A stretch of DNA of 14,571 nt from Promethearchaeota archaeon (GTDB lineage: Archaea; Asgardarchaeota; Lokiarchaeia; Sigyniarchaeales; SOKP01), in contig JABXKD010000086.1 in NCBI GenBank assembly GCA_013375475.1, forward strand, positions 1-14,571. Direction: 5' to 3'. The position numbers and the translations under genes are program-made. The notes beneath the pieces are model-generated. The model was not told where the DNA came from. It made no database searches and worked only from the letters and a program-made list of their open reading frames with translations. Below are positions 1 to 7,775 of this stretch, piece after piece. How positions within the stretch are numbered: position 1 is the first letter of the stretch; each line of letters begins with the position of its first letter.

Positions 1-1
1 A

Positions 2-2167
2 CTTATAGAACAGCATTTTACTAAGGATTCCTCAAAAATTTATTCAAAAACATTATCTTTAGCTAAATTTATTTTCCCGACTTTGAGTGAGTTAGGGATT
101 GAAGAATTTGGATTAAAAGAATTATTATCCACGATTCAGAATATTTTTTTGATGAAAAAACACAATTTCACTGAAATTTCTAAGGAGACGGGAGTGGGTT
201 TAAAAGATTTTGTTAAAAGCGTGAGTAGAAAAAATCAAAAAGACCGTAAGATTTATTTTTACACTATCAATAAAGACCAAAAACAGATCTATATTTATGA
301 ACTTGAGAAAGAAAAAATAACGGAGATTTTCGAGAAGGAAGAAAAATTATCGAAGAAAAATATCCTAAAAATCTTTTCCCCTATTATTCAGACAGACCAG
401 GAATTAAGATTATTTTTAGAGACTTTACTCAAATTAAGACATATTAGGGGTTATTATTCAAAATTGGGTTATTTCTACTCTTACAAATACGTAAAATCAG
501 AGTTATTAGAAGCATTTCATAATAATGGGATGGTAAATCTTAAAAATTTTGATTATCTGCCTTCTGATTTTATCAATGAAATTATAATAGATATATCGAA
601 TCTGACTAAACATGTCTATCTGGTGGGAAAAAATAATAGTGCTTACTATGCTTTGAAAAACATACAGAAGCATATTAACTCTGAAGCCGCAAAAAACACT
701 ACGATTGATTTAAAAACATATAGGGAACGCTTAATCGATAAAGATTTTATTAAATTGATAAAAAATCTTCCAAAAGGTTATTTAACTTATTTTAGATCAG
801 GTACCCAACTGTTAACTAACGTCGGATTATTAAAAGTCAAAAAAGAAATTGAAAACTCCCGATTACTCGGATATTATTCAATTCCAAAACTTTCAGATAA
901 GCTAAATGTAAAGAGAGAGTTGTTAGTACAAATTTTTGAGAATTTTATTGATAATAGGAGTGGCATATTTGATATAAACAGAGAGACTTTCTATTATTCA
1001 AAATTTCTAAATCAGAAAATCGAAGCATTAAACTTGTTAACGAATCAAACTGAGAAAAATGAACAGATTAATTTAATAGCAAAAGATTTAAACATCGAAA
1101 AAAGCCATATACTTACAAAATTAGACGAAAATTTGAAACTAATCGGAGAAGAAATAAAAAGTAAGGAATTAATACAGATTAACGAATATATTGAAAAAAC
1201 GGGTATGCCATACAATTTATTTATAGAATTTATCAATGATTTAGGATTAAATTATTTCAAAAAAGGAGAACTCCTAATTTTTAATGAGAGTAAAATTGAA
1301 GAATCGAAGAAAGACATTCAATTAATGCTAATTGAAAAATCTAAATCTGAAAATATCATACAGCTAGGAGAAATTGATGTGACCTCAAGTATCGTAGAAA
1401 AATTGTTAAAAGAGTTACAAAATGATGAAAAAATAAAAGGAATTTTCCACAATGAAGAAGGAAATTTAATCTTTTACACTGAAAAAGGTATCGAAACTTT
1501 AATGCTTGAAAATAATTTTATGTTTTCTTTCCATGATTTTTTTTATGGTAAAACGCTAGATGATAAAGAAATCAAAATCCTTTATTCGATATTTGAGGAT
1601 TTGTTGAAAAAGAAAAAATTGAATGGAACATTTGACGAAGAAACATTAACTTTTGCTAGTTCAGATGTCTTGTTTGCCCAAGACTATAATAGCGTATTAT
1701 ATGAATTTAACAAATTGACTTCCACATATTTTAGAAATTTTAATTTAGAATTTGAAAAAATTAAAAAAGTCCTAACAAAACAGAGTACAATATTTCCACA
1801 GGAAATTAAAATGATTCAAAGAATAATAGATGTAATTAACGAAAAATATATCCATTGGAGAAACGGATTAGAAGCGTTCGTGAGAAAAGCGAATACTTCA
1901 CTTCTAAAAAAACAAGGTTATTCGGTTAAGAAATATAAATCTACATCTTTTTCGACAGAAAAGAAAGAAGAGATCAAATATTTTGAAGAAGATCCTGAAG
2001 TTGTAGATTTAATATCAGAATTTAACAGATGGGTTAAATTATTTAATGAATTAGAGCTTAAATACGGTAACATAATTTTCTTTCAAAAAAGGTTAATAAA
2101 TGATACCGATAATGTAGAAATTCAGAAGAAATTAGATGATCTGTCAAAGAAATTAAATTTAATATGA
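2..2167 (+). CDS. Large tandem winged-helix (PCI / UFL1-DDRGK1-like repeat) protein with C-terminal coiled/helical region; 5'-truncated by the window edge
   Basis: Frame +2 has no stop from base 2 (LIEQHFTKDSSKIYSKTLSLAKFIFPTL...) through the TTG at 83, so the true start probably lies upstream of the window. A helix-then-G-x-F/Y-beta-hairpin unit recurs at least 4 times: HIRGYYSKLGYFYS, RSGIFDINRETFYY, KIKGIFHNEEGNLIFYT, KLNGTFDEETLTFAS. The CDS is secure; the fold call is tentative. Confidence 0.6.
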   Translation, partial: LIEQHFTKDSSKIYSKTLSLAKFIFPTLSELGIEEFGLKELLSTIQNIFLMKKHNFTEISKETGVGLKDFVKSVSRKNQKDRKIYFYTINKDQKQIYIYELEKEKITEIFEKEEKLSKKNILKIFSPIIQTDQELRLFLETLLKLRHIRGYYSKLGYFYSYKYVKSELLEAFHNNGMVNLKNFDYLPSDFINEIIIDISNLTKHVYLVGKNNSAYYALKNIQKHINSEAAKNTTIDLKTYRERLIDKDFIKLIKNLPKGYLTYFRSGTQLLTNVGLLKVKKEIENSRLLGYYSIPKLSDKLNVKRELLVQIFENFIDNRSGIFDINRETFYYSKFLNQKIEALNLLTNQTEKNEQINLIAKDLNIEKSHILTKLDENLKLIGEEIKSKELIQINEYIEKTGMPYNLFIEFINDLGLNYFKKGELLIFNESKIEESKKDIQLMLIEKSKSENIIQLGEIDVTSSIVEKLLKELQNDEKIKGIFHNEEGNLIFYTEKGIETLMLENNFMFSFHDFFYGKTLDDKEIKILYSIFEDLLKKKKLNGTFDEETLTFASSDVLFAQDYNSVLYEFNKLTSTYFRNFNLEFEKIKKVLTKQSTIFPQEIKMIQRIIDVINEKYIHWRNGLEAFVRKANTSLLKKQGYSVKKYKSTSFSTEKKEEIKYFEEDPEVVDLISEFNRWVKLFNELELKYGNIIFFQKRLINDTDNVEIQKKLDDLSKKLNLI

Positions 2168-2185
2168 TAATATATCAAAATAAAT

Positions 2186-2488
2186 CTAGCTTATCCTTCC
2201 TTTTTCAATTTGAGATAAAATTTTCTCAATATCGATTTTTTGGTTTAAAGCAATTTTATAGGATTTAGGAGAATAGGTGCCGTTCATCTCCAGAATACCT
2301 TCTTTTTCAAGATAATTAAGAGATCTCCAAATAAAATTTATTTTAGAGCGGTCTGAGGCTTTAATATTATTGCATCTTCTTATATTTTTAGTAGTAACTA
2401 AGTTGACATTATTATCTATTAACTTATTTATAGCCTCCATAGTTTCCCTTAAATTTCTTGAAAAAAAGTCCATAGAATCCTCGCTCAT
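2186..2488 (-). CDS. Small winged helix-turn-helix DNA-binding protein (putative)
   Basis: 100 aa ATG-initiated ORF. VTTKNIRR...INFIWRSLNYLEKEGILEMNGTYSPKSYKI fits a recognition helix followed by L-x-x-x-G-I-L and a beta wing. Convergent with the previous gene. Confidence 0.6.
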   Translation of the reverse strand: MSEDSMDFFSRNLRETMEAINKLIDNNVNLVTTKNIRRCNNIKASDRSKINFIWRSLNYLEKEGILEMNGTYSPKSYKIALNQKIDIEKILSQIEKGRIS

Positions 2489-2490
2489 TA

Positions 2491-2533
2491 AAAAAAGTAT
2501 TTTACTAATTAGTGTATTAACTTATACTTTTTT
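2491..2533. promoter_or_regulatory. Inverted repeat plus internal palindrome over the promoter of the wHTH gene (candidate operator)
   Basis: AAAAAAGTAT (2491-2500) and ATACTTTTTT (2524-2533) form a perfect 10-bp inverted repeat. ACTAATTAGT (2504-2513) is a perfect palindrome inside it. The element lies immediately upstream of the 2488 start codon. Confidence 0.35.
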
Positions 2534-2636
2534 ATTTAAAAACTTTTTTTCTGCTGAAATATAAACGTTCATAGGAATAAATATTAAATGATCTTAGACG
2601 CTATAGATATTTCTTCCGAAAATCTAATTAGATTTC

Positions 2637-4235
2637 TTAATGTCGAAAAACTCTCTTACCACAAAAAACTAATGCGCAATTTAATTCATCTGCACGCTTA
2701 ATAACAGCATCATCGCGAACGGAACCTCCTGGGTTGATGATAGCCTTAGCACCTACATTTACTGCAGCTTCCAATCCGTCAGGAAATGGAAAGAAAGAGT
2801 CAGTACCCATAACAGAATCCTTTAATTCAATTTCATGACCAAATTCCTGTGCTTTTTGTGCTGCTAGTTTAACTACATGAACTCGACTATGTTGTCCAGC
2901 CCCAATGCCAATGGTGTAAACCCCACCTTCATATTTTTGAGCAAAACAAGCTGAATTAGATTTTGTCCACTTTGAAACTTTATAAGCAAATATCAGGGCC
3001 TCTTTTTCTTCATTAGTTACTTGTCTTTTGCTTACAACATTCCATTCTTTAATCAATGGTTTATGGTCATATTCTTGAACTAATATCCCCCCCAATACAC
3101 TTCTAATTTCATGGTTTCTATAGATACTTTCTCGTTTGTCTAGTAAATTGCCAAATTCTATTACTCTCATATTTTTCTTTTGTTTAAGTATTTCAAGCGC
3201 TTCAATTTCGAAGGAAGGCGCCAATATGACTTCTACAAAAATATTTTCTTTGTTTACGATAAAATCTGCTGCATTTGTAGTCAATTCCTTATTCACACCC
3301 CAGATTCCCCCGAAAGCTGATAACGGATCGGTTTTAAAGGCCATTTTAATAGATTTTAATTGGGTAGATTTATCGATAGCAATCCCATTGGGGCTAGTAT
3401 GCTTTAAAATAGCCGTTACGAAACGGTTTCGATCAAAATCAAGAAGTATTTGAATACACGCATCAATATCTAAATAATTGTTGAATGAAATCTCTTTTCC
3501 TCCAAGTTGAGTCAAATTATGAAGCCCATAATCACAAGATAGATTTTTATAATAAGCTGCGGCTTGATCCCAATTTTCCCCATAACGACAATCTTGAACC
3601 TTCTCGTAAGCATAAAATAAATTTGTTTTCATGACCTGATCTGGGTGATAATAGCTCTGCAGGTAATTTGCAATTGCTGCGTTATAATCAGCCATGATAG
3701 TAAAGACTTCTTGAGCTAGATCTGCTCTAGTTTTGTCGCTTATTCCTCCTAATTGTTCCAATTCTTTGATTATCAAGCTATAATACTTAGCATTAGGAAC
3801 GACAACGACGTCAGGAAAGTTTTTTGCTGCAGCTCTTATCATTGTAGGCCCACCTATATCAATCATCTCTAATGCGTCAGTTAAAGTAATATCGGGTTTT
3901 GCAATTGCTTCTTTGAATTGATACAAATTACAAACTACCATATCTATAGGGGGGATATTGTATTTTAGAGCGTCCTCAGAATCTTTTGTAACCTCACGGC
4001 GATAAAGGATTCCTCCTTCAATTTTCGGATGCAATGTCTTAACTCTTCCATCAAACATCTCGGGAGAACTTGTATAATCAGAAATTTTTATAAAATCAAT
4101 ACCACTTTCCTTTAAAAGTCTTCCTGTCCCTCCTGTAGATAAAATTTCAATTCCAAATTTAGTCAAAGATCCAACAAACTCAATAAGGTTATTTTTATCA
4201 AAGACACTTACGATAGCTCTTTCGATTTTTTTCAT
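2637..4235 (-). CDS. purH: Bifunctional AICAR transformylase / IMP cyclohydrolase
   Basis: Motifs RAIVSVFDK, LSTGGT, GRVKTLHP, VVCNLY, IDIGGPTMIRAAAKN, RYGEN, KH dyad (LKHTSP), FFPFPDG, PGGSVRD and C-terminal RVFRH. 532 aa is full length. Confidence 0.97.
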   Translation of the reverse strand: MKKIERAIVSVFDKNNLIEFVGSLTKFGIEILSTGGTGRLLKESGIDFIKISDYTSSPEMFDGRVKTLHPKIEGGILYRREVTKDSEDALKYNIPPIDMVVCNLYQFKEAIAKPDITLTDALEMIDIGGPTMIRAAAKNFPDVVVVPNAKYYSLIIKELEQLGGISDKTRADLAQEVFTIMADYNAAIANYLQSYYHPDQVMKTNLFYAYEKVQDCRYGENWDQAAAYYKNLSCDYGLHNLTQLGGKEISFNNYLDIDACIQILLDFDRNRFVTAILKHTSPNGIAIDKSTQLKSIKMAFKTDPLSAFGGIWGVNKELTTNAADFIVNKENIFVEVILAPSFEIEALEILKQKKNMRVIEFGNLLDKRESIYRNHEIRSVLGGILVQEYDHKPLIKEWNVVSKRQVTNEEKEALIFAYKVSKWTKSNSACFAQKYEGGVYTIGIGAGQHSRVHVVKLAAQKAQEFGHEIELKDSVMGTDSFFPFPDGLEAAVNVGAKAIINPGGSVRDDAVIKRADELNCALVFCGKRVFRH

Positions 4236-4241
4236 CGTTAT

Positions 4242-4247
4242 TCACTC
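4242..4247 (-). promoter_or_regulatory. Shine-Dalgarno-like site of purH
   Basis: The minus strand reads GAGTGA 6 nt upstream of the purH ATG, resembling the archaeal GGAGGTGA consensus. Confidence 0.5.
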
Positions 4248-4387
4248 TTTTATATTATGCTATTAAAATCAAAATTGATATTACTAAGTAAAGATTAATG
4301 CTGTTTTAAGTTAATTAATAGGGATTTAATAAAATAGTATTCAATTGAGATTAGAATATTGTATGGAAAAGATTGTAGTATTAATAA

Positions 4388-5857
4388 TTAATATCTGCTA
4401 AGTAAGTCATGGGGCCTACTCTCACGTTGCCCTACATAAGAAACAACGCCAATTTTTGCCTTTTTCATCTCATCTATATTTTTTGCTCCAGCATATATCA
4501 TGCCATTTAAAAGACCTTCCTTTAAAGACAAAAGTACGCCTTCCATGTCTCCAACGAAGGGAACATAATCACTTACACCCTCCGGAAGCATTTTTGAGCC
4601 TTCTGTATATCGATCTGAAACATATCCAGAGGTCCTGGCTTCTTTGGAACCCATCCCTCGATATATTTTTACTTTTCTGCCTTGTATAGTATCGACATAT
4701 CCAGGACTTTCTGTTGATCCTGCAAAAAAATGTCCAGACATTATTAGATCAGCACCAGCAGAAAAGGCTTTGGGTAAATCTCCCGGATTTTTGAAACCAC
4801 CATCTGCAATTACACTGATACCTTGATCGTAATCTATTATAGCATCAGCAACTTGAGCAGTTGCAAAAAGAGTTGGAGCACCTACACCAGTTTGAATGGA
4901 TGTAGTGCAAATTGATCCAGACCCCATTCCAACTTTTAACCCAATAAATTTATCCTTATCAAAATCGCCTTTAGTGATCAAGTACTCAGCAGCTTCATAT
5001 GTTCCAATATTCCCCAAAACAAAATCGGAATCTAAAAAGTCCATGAGTTTTTTAGTTCCTTTGATATCTGATGTTTTATAGAAATCTGCTACGTCAATAA
5101 AGAAAATATCTACATAATTCTCTATTTCTTTTAACAATTTTTGAGCATGTGTTGATTCCGGAAATTTAGGAGATAAAGCCAAGGCACAGATTAAATGTCC
5201 TTCGCTATCCTTAGATGCTAAAGGAAATTCTGGAGCCAAATCCTTTTTAGTTATTAATCCCTTTAAACTTCCATCTTTATCGATAACAGGGAGTTTCTCT
5301 TTGCGAGAATCAAAAAGTACATCCAATGCTTTTTCTCTAGACGCCCCAGGTTCAATGGATATAACATCCTTCGTCATGAAGTTCTTTACTTTACCACTAT
5401 TTATTTCAGCTTCAGAGAAGGGTATGTCTCTTTTAGTAAAGATCCCACAAACTTTATTTTCTTCATTAACAACAACAATACCACTTATATTGTAATTTTC
5501 CATCATGTATTTCGCTTTTGAAATGGGTTCATTAGGTTGTATAGTAGCCACATCATCGACCACAAAAGATCTTGCTCTTTTTACAATCCTCACCATTTCT
5601 AATTGTCGTTCATAGGAACAATTTCGATGTAAAACTCCTAATCCACCAAATAAAGCCATTTTAATAGCCATCAATTCTTCGGTTACTGTATCCATCGCTG
5701 CTGACATAATAGGCAAATCGAATTTGTATGATCCTAAATTTGAAGACATATCGGCTTCAAAAGGCTCAAAGTTAGTATATCCCGGTTGAATAAGAACATC
5801 ATCGAATGTAGCAATTAATTCGTTATAATGAACTTTACTTCGATAATAATCTGTCAT
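4388..5857 (-). CDS. guaB: IMP dehydrogenase with CBS (Bateman) subdomain
   Basis: Motifs TFDDVLIQP, SAAMDTVTE, GGLGVLHRN, two CBS repeats, catalytic loop GMGSGSICTT, IADGG, YRGMGS, flap Arg-Tyr dyad (SDRY, typical of IMPDH rather than GMP reductase) and PEG. Confidence 0.93.
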   Translation of the reverse strand: MTDYYRSKVHYNELIATFDDVLIQPGYTNFEPFEADMSSNLGSYKFDLPIMSAAMDTVTEELMAIKMALFGGLGVLHRNCSYERQLEMVRIVKRARSFVVDDVATIQPNEPISKAKYMMENYNISGIVVVNEENKVCGIFTKRDIPFSEAEINSGKVKNFMTKDVISIEPGASREKALDVLFDSRKEKLPVIDKDGSLKGLITKKDLAPEFPLASKDSEGHLICALALSPKFPESTHAQKLLKEIENYVDIFFIDVADFYKTSDIKGTKKLMDFLDSDFVLGNIGTYEAAEYLITKGDFDKDKFIGLKVGMGSGSICTTSIQTGVGAPTLFATAQVADAIIDYDQGISVIADGGFKNPGDLPKAFSAGADLIMSGHFFAGSTESPGYVDTIQGRKVKIYRGMGSKEARTSGYVSDRYTEGSKMLPEGVSDYVPFVGDMEGVLLSLKEGLLNGMIYAGAKNIDEMKKAKIGVVSYVGQRESRPHDLLSRY

Positions 5858-6046
5858 TTTTTTGCACGGTTAAAATTGTATTTTGAAAGTATATATGATA
5901 AATATTATTCTTAACATTGAACTTTAAGTATTAGTAATAAAGACAATTTTTATTTTAAAATTTTAGGTATTTAGTCTATGGAAAATATATATTTTTCCTT
6001 AGTATTTTATTTTCCATTGAAAAGATAATAAAGGAAAGGACCTGGA

Positions 6047-6955
6047 TCACATTTGGGTTAAATTTTTTCTAGGTAAATTTTTAATTTTTGGGTCGTTGAT
6101 GTAAGAATCTAGCGTCTTAATGAAAGCATTTCTGTCATTTTTTATGTTTACTGTTTCTAAAGAACAATAGTTTGAGACATGATCGTTGAACACTTGAGAG
6201 GTAACATTTTCTCCTAAATTGGCAATAATATCTCGTTCTTCTATCAAACATTCTACGGGAGATAACAATTCAAAATCTCCATTCTTCCAATCCTGCCAAA
6301 GCGGAGTGTTAGGCATTACATTTAAAGTTCTAAACCGAAATATTGTAGGATTTATTTCTGTGAGAACTCTAGCTGTTCCTTTAACATGTTCCTTGGAGAG
6401 TTTTTTCCCTCCTAAACCTAACATAACATACAAACTTAGTTTTATGCCAGAATTTAACACCCTTTTTCCGGCTTCGATCATTGATTCTGCATTTGTGCCC
6501 TTTTTCATAATTCGTAAAATTTTGCTACTTCCGCTTTCTAATCCCATGTATACTATATCTAATCCCGCTTCTGCTAATTGGATTAGCTCTTCATCTTTTT
6601 TCCTCAGAATATCTAAAGCTTTTGCGTAACTACTCACTCGGGGTACATCTTTCATTCTTAATCTAACATATTCAATTATTTTTACGAGATATTCTGTAGG
6701 TGCTGAAGTAGGATTACCACCCGCTAAAAAAACAGGATATCCATGATAATTTTTTTCAGCATAGAGATCTATATCCTTCAACACATCTTCTAGTGGACGT
6801 ATCGCATAATCTTGAGTGGTTCTATAAATCCCTTTATAAGTCCCACAAAAACGGCAGCGATTCCAATTACAACCTCCTGTGACAGCAATGAGTACGCTAT
6901 ATGCTTCGACCGGAGGTCTAATAACGATTTGACTTGGAGGGATTTTATATACCAT
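6047..6955 (-). CDS. Radical SAM protein of unknown function (stand-alone core, no B12 domain)
   Basis: Motifs IRPPVEAYS, GCNWNRCRFC (C29-x4-C34-x2-C37), FLAGGN, VYMGLESGS, VMLGLGG and DHVSNY, as in the widespread ~300 aa 'RPPSEA...GCSHNKCTFC' family. Confidence 0.88.
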   Translation of the reverse strand: MVYKIPPSQIVIRPPVEAYSVLIAVTGGCNWNRCRFCGTYKGIYRTTQDYAIRPLEDVLKDIDLYAEKNYHGYPVFLAGGNPTSAPTEYLVKIIEYVRLRMKDVPRVSSYAKALDILRKKDEELIQLAEAGLDIVYMGLESGSSKILRIMKKGTNAESMIEAGKRVLNSGIKLSLYVMLGLGGKKLSKEHVKGTARVLTEINPTIFRFRTLNVMPNTPLWQDWKNGDFELLSPVECLIEERDIIANLGENVTSQVFNDHVSNYCSLETVNIKNDRNAFIKTLDSYINDPKIKNLPRKNLTQM

Positions 6956-6996
6956 TTTTCTTCAGATAAAATAATTTCTTGATTATTAACTTATTA

Positions 6997-7020
6997 AGAA
7001 CAACTTAATTAAGTTATTCT
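6997..7020. promoter_or_regulatory. 24-bp near-perfect palindrome in the divergent radical SAM / GTPase intergenic region (candidate transcription-factor site)
   Basis: AGAAC-AACTTAATTAAGTT-ATTCT: perfect 14-bp core (7002-7015) and 11 of 12 arm pairs complementary. Confidence 0.45.
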
Positions 7021-7151
7021 AAGCCTTTTTAGAATAAAGACTTGATTGTTATATTTTAACACCAAATTGGTAAAATATTTTTTATAGAATTAATTAAAGA
7101 AGTTATTAACTTAAAACATTACATAACCCATTAAAAAAATCGGTATTTTAT

Positions 7152-7757
7152 TTGATCGACACTTATGCTCAAGGAAAGGAAATCTTGTTTACTTTTAAAA
7201 CCGTAATAGTTGGTCCTCCCAGCGCGGGTAAAACTTGTCTTTTTAACCGTTTTTGTTTTAATTCCTTCAATTTCGACACTTCACTTACAATTGGAGTCAA
7301 TTTTCACTCCATCGATTTGAAAATCCGTTCTAAAGATGAAATCAAAAGCTCTAAAGAATTATATAATGTACAATCAATTTTTGATTTTGGAGGTCAAGAA
7401 AGGTTTAAAGCTTTAATTCCTAAATTTTTAGGAGGAGCCAATGGTGTTCTATTAGTGTTTGATTTAACAAATAAAAATTCATTTGAACAATTAGAATTCT
7501 GGTATAACCAAGTGCTAGAACATGGTAATGGATTAAATCTTCCAAAATTATTGGTTGGAAGTAAAAGCGATTTAATATCATCTACTATTATAGAGAACCT
7601 TGTTCCAGAAGAACAAATACAGAATTTTATCCAAGAAAAACATATAGACGGGTTTTATAAAACATCAGCCTTACAGAACCAAAATGTTTTGAAAGTATTC
7701 AAAGAGTTAAATAATTTGATGTTAAGGCATCAAAACACTCGATATGTCGTAAGCTAA
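7152..7757 (+). CDS. Rab-like Ras-superfamily small GTPase (eukaryotic signature protein)
   Basis: G1 GPPSAGKT (21-28), G2/RabF1-like TIGVNF, G3 DFGGQ-ERF (78-), GANGVLLVFD, G4 SKSD (137-140) and G5 TSAL (171-). TTG start; no C-terminal Cys. Confidence 0.93.
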   Translation: MIDTYAQGKEILFTFKTVIVGPPSAGKTCLFNRFCFNSFNFDTSLTIGVNFHSIDLKIRSKDEIKSSKELYNVQSIFDFGGQERFKALIPKFLGGANGVLLVFDLTNKNSFEQLEFWYNQVLEHGNGLNLPKLLVGSKSDLISSTIIENLVPEEQIQNFIQEKHIDGFYKTSALQNQNVLKVFKELNNLMLRHQNTRYVVS

Positions 7758-7759
7758 CA

Positions 7760-7769
7760 TTTTTTTTTT
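7760..7769 (+). terminator. Oligo-T archaeal-type terminator of the GTPase gene
   Basis: A T10 run begins 3 nt after the TAA stop, in the 18-nt gap between convergent genes. Confidence 0.55.
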
Positions 7770-7775
7770 GTAGCA

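Noticed and set aside
83-85. TTG at 83 as the start of the first CDS
   Set aside because: The frame is open back to base 2 with protein-like sequence, so the gene most likely begins upstream of the window.
1045-1236. 63 aa minus-strand ORF
   Set aside because: Antisense shadow inside the large plus-strand CDS; Ile/Ser/Phe-rich composition typical of reverse-complemented Lys/Glu codons.
2370-2564. 64 aa plus-strand hydrophobic ORF
   Set aside because: Overlaps the wHTH gene antisense and its AT-rich promoter; no recognisable motif.
3136-5495. Plus-strand ORFs 3136-3453, 4456-4689, 4644-4826, 4896-5081 and 5301-5495
   Set aside because: All lie antisense within purH or guaB, which are unambiguous.
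4388-5857. GMP reductase (GuaB1/GuaC) instead of IMPDH
   Set aside because: The flap Arg-Tyr dyad and YRGMGS motif are present and the gene is adjacent to purH, favouring IMPDH.
6219-6629. 136 aa plus-strand ORF
   Set aside because: Antisense shadow of the radical SAM gene.
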